A stretch of 64,000 nucleotides of DNA from Vicugna vicugna (taxonomy: Eukaryota), in assembly GCA_013265495.1 (NCBI GenBank), contig MU058065.1:1263527-1327526 (forward strand), given 5' to 3'. The first letter of the stretch is position 1, and every line of letters starts with the position of its first letter. Shown here piece after piece: positions 52,985-64,000 of the stretch. Under the pieces are notes generated by a model. It searched no databases. It was not told where the DNA came from and saw only the letters and a list, made by a program, of their open reading frames with translations. A program made the position numbers and the translations under genes.

Positions 52985-55205
52985 CACATCAAGTACTACC
53001 AACATTTACTCAGAGCAAACTGGGTGCCGAGCTCTGTGTTGGGCTGCTTCATTATTAATATGACACCCTCCTTGCGCTGGGAGAGCTTAATCTTATAAGG
53101 CAAGTAGGTGAGTAAAGGATTTCAAAACAGTGGAATGAGTGTCTCACAGTGTGGAGGAAGATGGGGCAGCTAATGGGGAACGGGGATATCAAGGTAGGTT
53201 TGAAGTTTGGTGTGAAGCAGTGAACCAAACAAAGAAGGGGTGAGGGACTCCAGGTAGAGGGAAAAGCTTGCATCAACTTGGAGGTGATGTTAGCCTGATG
53301 TGAATGGGGGCTTGCGGAAGTTCAGGATTGCTAGCTCTAAGAGTATTTGAGATCAGGTGTAGCAGAGGAAAAGAAAATAGAGACCAGGTCGGGGTGAGTC
53401 TTTCTGATCTGATCAAAGCTCACACTTTACCGTGTGGGCCATGCTGAGTCACTAAGCATTTTTAAGATGGATGTAGCATCTTAAGATTTCTATTTTAGCT
53501 AGAACCCCTTACTAGCAGTGTGGAGGCAGGGTCTGGGGGAAGCAGAGAGACCAGTGGGGAAGCTCTGCAATCATTCTAATGAAAATGATTGAAGTCTGAA
53601 TAAGGGGGGAAATGCATGGATTCCAGAAGCATTTAGGGCTTTGTGACTGATGGGGCACGGGACACTGCAGGGGAGAGGAAGGACCCCGAGGCAACTCCCA
53701 GGCTGCTCCCCTGAGTGGGTGTTGGCTCTCTCAGGTGAGACAGGTAATGCAGAAAGGAAACAGGTTTGGGGAGAAATAAACTAAATTCGGTTTTGATCCT
53801 TTAGATTGGAGAGTCCCACATAGTATTCATGTAAAAAGTGGAAAAGATGGAGATACATATTTGGGCATCATTCTCATTATAAAAGAGTTAGAAATATACA
53901 AGTGGATAATATTGCCAGGAGAGTATTATGATAAAGAGAGAGCTATTGGCTGATACAATCACTTTTTTTAAAAAAGGATAAATGGATAGAGGAAAAGGAC
54001 CGCAGAAGAAGGAATAAAGGCAAAGTAACACTTCATAGAAATGATAAAGTTGAATGAGTATCTGAGTGTGTGTTGGGGGGTGGAGGGGAGAGATGATGTG
54101 AGACCTGAGAAGTGAATGAAAAGTGAAGAATGGGAGAAAATCAAACAAACCAGGAGGAAAAGCTCTCCGTCAGGTGCAGATGACCCTCTCTGGAATCCTA
54201 CATGTGAGAAAGATTCCGTAACAGCAAAAGAAGATGTCGACTTGAAAGAGATTTTACATTTTTAGAGTTGGAAGTGATCAGACAATGTTCAGCACTGAAA
54301 GAAGAGATTCAGTTTGCAAGGAACAGTGTGGCTGGAGAGAGAATTCCACTGATGAAGGAAGGTCCTGGAGAGATGGGAGTGCTGAGGTCATGCGTGAAAG
54401 TGAAGGCGTCAGCATCAAATAGGATGAAAAACACCTCCTCAAGTTACTGGTTAGACATTTAGTTGAAGGTGAGTGAAGTAGAAATTTTGAGGTCAGGACA
54501 TAAGGTTGATTGATTTTCCCAAAGGTCTCCATTCTCTCGCCAATACCAGTGCCAAGGTTTTCAACGCTTGTATGGTGGTGGGACAGGGTAGTGGGCCTGA
54601 GGAGATCATTTGAAGTTTTCAAAGGCCATTAAATGAAGAGTCAGCAGAGCTGAAGCCACAGTGTTGGTCAGCAGCTTTGAGGACCCAAAACAAGGAGAAT
54701 CTATCCATTTCTAGACACTCCAATCCAACTAATTGAGTCTTTTTTCAAGCAGTTCTCAGAAACCCAGATTGGAGACAAAGGGTAGATTGTTGTAGTGATT
54801 CCAGACTTGAGGTATTGTTGAGCGCAAGGTTGCTGGCAGAGCTTCTAGGAGAGTAAATTCACGTCATTATACAGGAGGTGCAGACCGGAAGACGGAAGAG
54901 AACAGCTGGAGTAGGAGAGGAAAATGGGGGGATTCGCACAGGGGCGGGTCGAACTCAGGAGGCTCAAGAACTGGTTGTGCATCCTTCTTTCCAACTCTGT
55001 TTCAAAGACCTCACATTGGGAGCTTTAAAAAGGCTTTGGTGGGAGTATGCTTGCCACAGAAACTGGCGAGCACTACAAATTGGGAACCAGGGTACCAGCA
55101 CATCTGTGAAGTAAAGGATGGGAATGGAGCATTAGCGATTTAGAAGGATAGGAGGTAATGTTCAGAGTGTAAAATATTGGCAGTTAATTTTTATGACTTG
55201 GAAGG
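52985..55205 (-). mobile_element. Long LINE-2 remnant (~2.2 kb)
   Basis: Collinear antisense L2 motifs, e.g. ccaggtagagggaaaagc, gcagagagaccagt, gcaactcccaggct, gatacatatttgggcatcatt; the distal boundary is uncertain. Confidence 0.75.
54940..55088. mobile_element. MER63-type hAT fragment within L2
   Basis: ttgtgcatccttctttccaactctg...ggtgggagtat...cacagaaactggcgagcactacaaat; reverse-complement-similar to 18795-18920. Confidence 0.65.
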
Positions 55206-55244
55206 TAATAAAAAATGCCTGGCTTTTTTTTTTTTTTTTTTTTT

Positions 55245-55617
55245 NNNNNNNNNNNNNNNNNNNNNNNNNNNNNNNNNNNNNNNNNNNNNNNNNNNNNNNN
55301 NNNNNNNNNNNNNNNNNNNNNNNNNNNNNNNNNNNNNNNNNNNNNNNNNNNNNNNNNNNNNNNNNNNNNNNNNNNNNNNNNNNNNNNNNNNNNNNNNNNN
55401 NNNNNNNNNNNNNNNNNNNNNNNNNNNNNNNNNNNNNNNNNNNNNNNNNNNNNNNNNNNNNNNNNNNNNNNNNNNNNNNNNNNNNNNNNNNNNNNNNNNN
55501 NNNNNNNNNNNNNNNNNNNNNNNNNNNNNNNNNNNNNNNNNNNNNNNNNNNNNNNNNNNNNNNNNNNNNNNNNNNNNNNNNNNNNNNNNNNNNNNNNNNN
55601 NNNNNNNNNNNNNNNNN
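55245..55617. other. Assembly gap (373 N)
   Basis: Run of N preceded by a poly(T) tract. Confidence 1.
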
Positions 55618-55884
55618 TTTTTAGTTAGGGGTTTTTTGCTTGTTTTTGTTGGCTAAAGCACAGGCAAAGAAAGAAAACCACATAAACGAAGTTCAAAGCT
55701 ACTGTAGTAGATAGTTTATAAATACAATTGTTAACATTTCCCAGGTGGAGGGCAGTAATAAATTATTCAGGCACCCAAATCTTTAATTAATTGGATGAGA
55801 CAGTCAGGAAGCAGGTTAAAAATACCACCTATGAGGGAGAGGACAGAAAGTTATATTATGAACCACAAGGACTTATTCTTATTC

Positions 55885-56345
55885 AAGGTGTTCCCTATTG
55901 TGGCTGAAATAAATTGCCACTAACTTAGTGGCTTAAAACAATGCCCATTTATTAGCTTACAGTTATGGATGCTAGAAACCCAAAATGGCTCTCAGTGGGC
56001 TAAAATCAAGGTGTCAGCAGGGCTGTGTTTCTTTCTGGATGTTTGAGGGGTGTTTTTAGTTTCTAGGGGCTGCCTGCATTCCGTGCCTTGTGGTCCTCTC
56101 TCATGCTTAGAGCCAACAACACAGAGATGAGGCTTTCTCATGGTGCCAGCAGTCTGTTCTGACTCTTTTACCTCCTTGATTATAGGACCTTTGTGATGAC
56201 ACTGGACACAGCTGAATATCCAGGATACTGTCTCCATCTCAAGGTCGGCTGACTAGCAACCTTAATTCAATGTGCAATCATAATTCCCCCTTGCCTGGTA
56301 AGAAAACACACTGATTCCATGGATTATGACCGGAACATCTTTTGG
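55885..56345 (-). mobile_element. MLT1 (MaLR) LTR
   Basis: aacttagtggcttaaaacaa...gggctaaaatcaaggtgtcagcagggctg...ccatctcaaggtc...accttaattc. Confidence 0.9.
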
Positions 56346-57199
56346 TAAGTGGAGGGGGAGCTAATTATCTTAAGACGAGCACTTTTTTTCCTAGATTTTT
56401 CCAGACTTACTATAGTTAAGAAGATTTAATTCAACAGACATTTAATGTTCACAATATTATGCTAGATATTATGATGGGAAGGAGTACTTGATAATGAATA
56501 ATTTTAACCTTTTTGAGAAATATTATTTTATTTCTCTTATAAAACATTTAAAATGAGAGTGGCAAAGGAAGAAGCTTTAAAAAAAATTGGTTCTACGGAC
56601 CACTGGTGAAAGCTAGCTCATTTGAAGGTTGCTAAGGAGTTGCTAAGGGATGTTGTATAGAGAAATTTAAGTTTTTGCATTATCTGTGCTGATCAATGAT
56701 AAAAGGAAAAAAGCTCATTTCTTTTTACAAAGAGGGTTAAAAATAATCACAGACTACTCCCAGCTGAGTGCTTGGAATGTAGCAAGTGTCCAATAAACAT
56801 TTGATGAATTGAACTGGATGTCATTAAATGCCTTTCTCATTGGAAGACTTCTATTAATTAGCCTTTATTAATTTTTATTAATTATATATAATTTTATTTT
56901 ATTGGGCTGCAGTTATATTGGCTGTGACCATTTGCCCTTCATTTGTTTTCTGTGGATAGAAGGAAGGACCACTCTGAGGAGGGAAGAGGAAAGGAAAGAG
57001 CTTCTCTGGCCCAGGCAGAAAACTTTAAAATATTCCCTTAAATGACAGCCTACAGATCACCACCTTATTCTATCTAATTAGAGAGCTGTCCTTAGACCAG
57101 AGGGTCTTAATCTGTTTTGGAATGTGCATCTCTTTAGTGACATGATGAATACTGTTCATCCAACTCCAAGTAAGAAATAACTATGCACATTAGAATATG

Positions 57200-57700
57200 G
57201 AAGAAACACCTTCCCCTTTCTTAGTTGCCTTTAACTTCATCCATTCTGCTCTTGCTGCTTCAGGACTTTCCCATAACTGCTGCTCCCAGGCCAGTTCCAC
57301 TCCTGAAGCCACATGAAGTCATCCCTCCACCTGGCTACTTGCCTCTTAGTGTCTCGTATTAACACACTGATTTCTATACTACAAATTCTGTTCCTCAAAG
57401 CAGCTGACCTTCTAGGTGCTAATTCACAGGAGTCCCCATTGCCCAGATATCAGCCAGGTATCACAGACCCCATCCACCCTCTCTCAGTTGCACGCCACCA
57501 GTAAGAATCAAAATGTACCCTCCAGCTGTGGGCCCTTGTCCCCCACAGTCACCCAGTAGAACAGTCCCTTCAATTTCTATCTCCGTCTCTCCTCTTCATG
57601 TCACCAAGGGCCAATATCTAACACAAACAACATTCTATTCTCCACCCCATGTTTTCCCAAGGCCTTTCCCAAGACATTTCTACCTCTCATCTTAAGACCC
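57200..57700 (+). mobile_element. LINE-2 fragment
   Basis: ctccacctggctacttgcctc...ttcaatttctatctccgtctctcc; very degenerate. Confidence 0.45.
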
Positions 57701-57869
57701 AAAAGATATCATCCATTTGAGGTTGAATACGAATGTGAAATTTTCATAGGAAAATATGACAAGGCAAGGTCCAAGGACAAACCTAAAAACATACAGGAAA
57801 AAGTTTTACTGACTTCTCAAAAAAAGATATGTTTCTATAAAGATGAAAAGAAAAGATGCCAAAAAGTGC

Positions 57870-58550
57870 TACAACCATTATGGGAAACAATATGGAGGTT
57901 TCTTAAAAACAAAAAATAGAGCTACCGTGTGATCCAGCAATCCCACTCCTGAGCATTTATTCAGAAAAGATGAAAAATCTAATTTGAAAAGATACATGCA
58001 TCCCAATATTCATAGCAGCACTATTTACAGTAGCCAGGACATGGAAGCAACCTAAGTGTCCATCAACAGATGACTGGATAAAGAAGATGTGGTATACATA
58101 TACAATGGAATATTACTCAGCCATAAAAGGAATGAAATATTGCCATTTGCCCAACATGGATGGACCTAGAGATTATCATAGTAAGTGAAGTCAGATAGTG
58201 AAAGACAAATATTATATGATATCACTTATATGTGGAATCTAAAAAATAAAATAAATGAATCTTTTCACAAAATAAAAACAGAGTCATAGATATAGAAAAT
58301 AAATTGTGGTTACCAAAAAGGAAAGGGAGGGGGAGGGATAAATTAGGAGTATGGGATCAACAAACAGACTACTGTATATACAACAGATAAGCAACAAGGA
58401 CTTACTGTTTAACAGAGGGAACAATATTTGATATCTTGTAATAACCTGTAATGGAAAAGAATCCAAATATATATATATATATATAAAACAGAATCACTTT
58501 GCTGTACCCCAAAAACTAACACAATATTGTAAATTAACTATACTTCAACT
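57870..58550 (+). mobile_element. Cetartiodactyl-type LINE-1, ORF2 C-terminus plus 3' UTR
   Basis: Encodes QPLWETIWRFLK and, after a frameshift, ELPCDPAIPLLSIY (L1 ORF2p C-terminus); candidate TSD aaaaagtgcta (57861) / aaaaagtgtta (58551). Confidence 0.95.
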
Positions 58551-59199
58551 AAAAAGTGTTAATAGTTAAAAAAAAATAGGTACTAAAAATATTGGAGTGC
58601 CTCCCAAATTATTGTGTAAAACTAACCCTGGAGTGAGTGAGTGAGGCCAAGCAAAATCTCAAAGACATTTTATATTAACAAAATCATTCTAAATTTTACC
58701 TCTAACTTTAGACATTAATAGAAAACCGCAACTGGGGAAAAAATCCATGATGAAAGAAGACTTATTCTGCCATATATGTAAACACTTTGAAATGCAAAAG
58801 CTAACAATTTTCTCAAAACGATGTGAAAGTAATATATTATCATAAGATGGTTTGGCTTGGTTGCCTGAGTATTTCAAAAGTAAGCAAGAGATAATCTTAC
58901 CTCCACCATATAAATTCCAGATGAATCATTGCTGAGGAATAAAATAAACTATCTTGTCGTAGGCACTGTTCGTGCCTTTCCCTATCCTCTCCACCAACAC
59001 AGTTTGAGTAAAATCTGAACAATTTCCAAAGGCCAACACTTGCATCAGCGGATTTTTCTCTTCCACCTGGATGGAAATTCCAGGGAATGAAATTCACCTC
59101 CCTCAGCAGCCCGCAGCCAGGGGGTAACAGGTGAGTGTCATTATTCCAGATCTCTAACTCTGAATTCCTCAGATACATGCTGAGATTAAGCTCCATGTA

Positions 59200-59363
59200 C
59201 CTGTGCTGATAACCTGCTCAAAAATGCATACAGTCGAGGCCGCCTTCTCTCCACATCTCAATTCTCCTCTCTTCTACCAGTGTTTTCCAGGATCGCCAAC
59301 CAGATCAATTAGTTGTTCTTATAAGTGGTCTCAGGGCAGCTTCTGGGGAACCCAAGTTAAGAC
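59200..59363 (+). mobile_element. ERVL-type LTR 3' fragment (LTR16/LTR33-like)
   Basis: Ends tctcagggcagcttctggggaacccaagttaagaca. Confidence 0.6.
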
Positions 59364-59910
59364 ATGCATCCCTTCCCCTGCGAAAAAGGACAGGAAGACA
59401 CAAATCATGAAGGAAGAAAAGTTACCAACATGAAAAGTCTGGGCTCACAGTTCTCAAAGAAATAAAGAAAGAACTATTTTTTTTTCTTATTTATCAGATT
59501 GTCTAAGATTAAACAATTAATCCTCAGAGTTACAGAAGCCACATGCAAGGTATCTGCCAATGCTCTGCTGATGAGAAAACACATCAATAAAACCATGAGA
59601 GAAAGATTTGGCAAAATATGTAGTTTTAAAATATGTATGCCCTTTTTCTCATTGGATCCACTCTTATCACTTCTTTATTCATTTATTCACCAAATTGAAT
59701 TCAATTAATTAAAATGTAACTTGATTTATAGCACAGTTTGTGTTAAGACCAGAGAAGAGGGGAACCCAAGTACAGGCTCTCGGCGTGTTAGTTATGTTAC
59801 GGGAAATTGGCAACAGTGGAGGAGACAGGGTTAATGAAGGAATAGACAGATGTTCCCTGGGTTCTCTCACAGTTTTCCTTCATTCATTCCTCTTAGCTCT
59901 GATGTATTAC

Positions 59911-60216
59911 AATTGGCACACGATTTTTAGGCATGGAACACAGCAGTATATTCCAGCAAGTGGAGTGATAGCCTGCGTGATAATGAGTCACAAAATAGAA
60001 TGGATCACCATTGACCTGTGAAAGGAGTGACATTGAAAACTGGGGGAGATCCAAGTCAGATATTAGGGAAGGAATAGGTAGGCCAATGTCAGAACGTAAT
60101 ATCACAGCTCAGGAAGAGTCAAGATCTGAAAACAGGCCAAGAGAAGGAGGTGCCAAGACTTAAGCCACGGTGAGCATCAGAGCCGGGGCCTTGAGGCCAG
60201 CACAGCGTCACAGCCA
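59911..60216 (+). repeat. Diverged ~300-bp direct repeat, copy A
   Basis: Collinear with 62443-62736; shared blocks gagtgacattgaaaactggg, agctcaggaagagtcaagatc and aaacaggccaagagaagg. Confidence 0.95.
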
Positions 60217-60630
60217 CTCTTACCCATTTCCTGTAATACAGCTAACACCCCGAGAGCCTTTAGTGAAACTAAAGGACTTTACACTTAGATATTCCAGAAT
60301 ATAAGTATTAACTTTTCTTAAACACTAGATATCAGTTTCACTTTTTATCAAGTTTTATCAATTTTTCTGCAAAAATTCATTCTAAACCAAGAAAATCACA
60401 AATAAAGGAGGAAGGCCCACAGTTTGTTTTTTACTCCTGTTTTTCATAATGTACCCCTTTTCTGTTTGAGGCTTTTTGCACACAACAAATGACATTAGCC
60501 AATAAAAATCGAATGCTATTAGTCATCCCCAGGACATTAATTATAAGCACTTTTAAAGACACCTTCAAACTTTCCTAGGTTCTTACGAAGGAGGAAGAAG
60601 TTTTGCTGAGTCTCAGGTTATGAAATGATG

Positions 60631-60722
60631 GGTTCCCCTGTGGCAGCCACGCATCCCAGGGCTTCACTAGTGCTTGATCAACTGGCCACCTGCCAGGATG
60701 TCCTGGTGTCTACACGGAGGTG
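60631..60722 (+). pseudogene. Possible highly decayed trypsin-family (S1) protease last-exon remnant
   Basis: GSPVA / frameshift / HASQGFTSA*STGHLPGCPGVYTEV; QG-to-PGVYT spacing equals trypsin, but SWG and Cys are missing. Could be chance. Confidence 0.2.
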
Positions 60723-62442
60723 CAGAAATGTCACCAAACCAGATTTACAGGTGTAATCACGCTGCTGATCAGAGCTGCTGCTGCTGTTCTGTTAAAAAAC
60801 AAAACAAACAAACAAAAAAAACTCCAGGGAGCTGGGCTCCAAGCTTGGATTCACATCTTGGTGAAGAGAAATGTACATGTCAGTCTAAAAAGGGCATCAA
60901 TTCCAAGAAGGTTAAAGAGGGAATAAATCTATTGTGAAAACAAACACAACTTTACATTGATTGCCAGCTAACTAAAAGTGAAATTTACTTTTCATTGTAT
61001 GTAGAAGAATCTGTCACATTCAATGCAACATAACTGTACAGAATAAAGTGCATTCATCCCTTGGTACAAATATATTTAAATGATCTCTTTGGGTTAGTGA
61101 TGGATTTGTGGGACAGAACTTCAGGCAATTTCCACTCTAAAAGTGCATCATGCTGACTTAAGTCAACATGATCAAAAATCTCAGTATGTCTGAAGACTGC
61201 ATTTGACTTTAAATTTCAATGTATGACACCCTGTGCAGGTACATTTAGATGTTTTCCATTATACCTGTAACAGGACTATATATTCTGAGTACCTTTCACG
61301 GGCTGAAAATGCTTTTATGCGATATTTAATGTTACATGTCAAGGAAAGTATTTTTTTAACTACTAGAAATAATAAAGTATGAGAGTCTTGTGTTTTCATA
61401 CATCTTTCGCTTTCCAGGTATTTTCATTGAGCCATTTGCACTTTATGTTTACAATATGCTTATAAAAAAAAAAAGGTGTCAGCAAATCCAAAGTTCCACT
61501 TTGCAAATGGAACAGAACAGAATCAGGAATTTGCTAGAAGTCAAACATTTTGTGGTTTAACAGGGACCAGAATAAGTGTATCGTTGCTGTCTCTTCTTTG
61601 TGCTTTTCGATATGGGTGACCTTGACAGAGGTAATCTTTTACTGACAGAATTTTGTATTTAATATGAATAATGAATATGTATTGGTTTTCCAGATAATAT
61701 TTTAGCAAATCAGCTCTGAGTGAGACAGTTATTTACTTTCTAGTGATGATAACCTCTGCATGTGATTTTTCATACCTTGTAATTATAGTCTGCACATAAT
61801 GAGTTCATTTTAACCATGTGCCATTTAGTTGCTTATTAGTAATAATTATTTTAGTCCAGCAATTCAATGAACCCTACATATCATTGGTGATTTCTAATGA
61901 TTTTCCACCTTTAAAAATGAAAAAATGTCCTTGATTTGTGTATTTTAATGCACCAGATGAAACAAAAAGGTTTTCAAAATGACATGAGTCTATTTTGTAC
62001 AAGAGAATAAGAAGGGGGTCAAATGCGTTTATAATTACTCGAATAAAAAGAAGTGGAAGCTCTTGACAAAACAGAATCATCACTCTGGGCTCCAGAATAT
62101 ATCAAATATGACAACAAAACCTCCATTGATGTACCGACCCAAAATTTGCAGAAGACTTTTGCAGGCCTAATGTCACTGAATTCACAATGGTGGACGAGTT
62201 GCCCAGGAAAGTGGGGGGCACTCTGTTCTGGTAAAGGCAATAAGGGTCCCACCCACTTATTAGTGATTTTCATGATTTAGAATGAATTTCTACAGAAATG
62301 TGAAGCATGTAACCAGTGTTTTGTTATTTTTTTATCTACTTCTTATATTGTGGAAAATATACACACAAAATCTTTTCAATTTATAGACTTCGGCCCGCAT
62401 CCCACCCTAACATCATTAACAACATGAACTGTAAAATACTGA

Positions 62443-62736
62443 AATTGGTACATGATATTCAGACGTGGGACATGGTAGTACATTCTAGCAAATGAAGTGA
62501 TAGTCTGAATGATAATGTCACAATATAGAAGGGGTTACCACTGAATTGTAAGAAGAGTGACATTGAAAACTGGGTGAGCTCCAAGTCAGACATTTGGGGA
62601 ATGAAGAGGCCCGAAATGCAACATCATAGCTCAGGAAGAGTCAAGATCCAGAAACAGGCCAAGAGAAGGCAGTGCCAAGATTTAAGCGATGGTGAATGAG
62701 CATCCGGGCCTTCAGGCCAGTGCGGCATCAGAGCCA
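62443..62736 (+). repeat. Diverged ~300-bp direct repeat, copy B
   Basis: Collinear with 59911-60216. Confidence 0.95.
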
Positions 62737-63479
62737 AGAGGAATGAATGAAGGAGGAAAGGTAAGAGAAATGAGATTGAAGAGAAAAGAGAAAGAGAATA
62801 CAGAAGAAAGGTACCCTCCCAGAGCTGGAGTCTCAGGCTATGGGGATCAGAGCAGGACACGGTCACCCCCAGTGGCTAGTCAGGAAGTGCTGGGTCTGCC
62901 CTGCATTCCAAGAGGTCCTTTTCACCGTGTGTTGTCCTCAGGGCACCAGCAGGGTGTCCTGCTGCTATCACACTGAGCCCAGGGCCACTGAGCCCGGTGG
63001 CTTCTTCTTACTTTGCACTCAGCTGCCCCTCCAAATTCCGGGCCACAGTGACCTCTGTGGCTGCTACTGTGTCTCCCAAGGCAACAAGAGCAAGTGGAGT
63101 GGGATCATATCCACACATCTCCAGACTCCGTGCCCCTTCACTCTTCCCCAGCACACACAAGGCGCCGTGATATGCAGATTTTACTAAAGGATGAGGACAA
63201 CTGAGAAGAGAATCCATCTCAGAGAAGTATTTTCAAGTGCAGGCCTGGACTAGGGTAAGACAAAGGAGGTACTAAAGGTGAAAAACAAGATTTTCACTCT
63301 CAGATCCACATCAGTACCGGCTCTGCGCTGTGTAAACCTGAGTGCTTTCCCCAGGGTTCCACCCTTGGCACCTCACCCTCAAGGAAACAGTCACCCTTTG
63401 GTTTACACAAGGGCAGGGCCCTGGTCCCAGCACTTGTCACATCCACAAAATAAGATACATGCGATTACTACGGAAACTG

Positions 63480-63785
63480 AATATCCTGAAATATGAGTAT
63501 TTAAGTAATAAAATAATGTAAAAATACGTGCTATTCCAATACATGCGTTTCATGATGAATACAGTAAATAAAAGTATCTAATAGTGAGCCCAAAAGTTTA
63601 AAAATGCTGACGAACAGGAATATTTCAAAATATCTTCAAAAACTAAATATAATTTGAAAATATCCATGAATCCATTGTAGGAACACTGCAAGCTTTACTA
63701 TATTTGGTGGGGGGTGGAACTTATATTTACAATAGAAGGAAATGCTGACTTCTCTAATTAAAGATTAGTCATGAGAAAGATATAA
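63480..63785 (+). mobile_element. Old LINE-1 (L1ME-like) 3' fragment
   Basis: gaaatgctgacttc...taaagattagt and similar A-rich L1ME-like motifs; degenerate. Confidence 0.45.
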
Positions 63786-64000
63786 TGTTTTCCACCCAAA
63801 TGCACTGATCCCTTGAATTCTATCCCTTGACCCTGGCTCAGAACCCCAGTGTAGAACTCTAACCCAACATTCTCAATATCTGGGGAAGCTGGAAGGGAAA
63901 AAAGGAAAAGGAAAATAGTCATTCTGCCTCCCCAAGGAAGAATAGATTTAAATGCAATTTGTAGATGTTTTCTGAGTACCTACTATGTGCAAGACACCGT

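Noticed and set aside
59862..62770. Autonomous DNA transposon defined by the terminal inverted arms
   Set aside because: No TSD, no canonical TIR termini and no transposase-like ORF inside.
1056..63496. ORF-track entries of 60-159 aa as protein-coding genes
   Set aside because: None resembles a protein I recognise. Many use non-ATG starts, overlap repeats or have low-complexity F/L/S/K composition, and the longest span the N gap.

Overview
Mammalian, AT-rich, essentially non-coding DNA (intronic or intergenic) with one 373-bp N gap (55245-55617). I recognise no intact protein-coding exon, RNA gene or CpG island. The ORF track is noise except for decayed LINE-1 ORF2 fragments. Much of the window is interspersed repeat: ancient L2 and MIR, old L1M fragments, DNA transposon fossils (Charlie1-type, MER5, MER63, MER2/Tigger, MER47/Tigger5), MLT1 and ERVL LTR fragments, one ERV1-type solo LTR, and four younger cetartiodactyl-type L1 3' ends, one of them 5'-inverted by twin priming. 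That L1 type, together with no visible ruminant, pig or whale SINEs, suggests a camelid genome (inference). The most unusual structure is at 59860-62770. It is a diverged ~300-bp direct duplication with a 28/30 inverted arm, and it encloses a short stretch resembling a decayed last exon of a trypsin-family protease (PGVYTEV). Repeat names are from recalled consensus sequences, not a database search, and most boundaries are approximate. I found no well-supported novel biological system, only leads.
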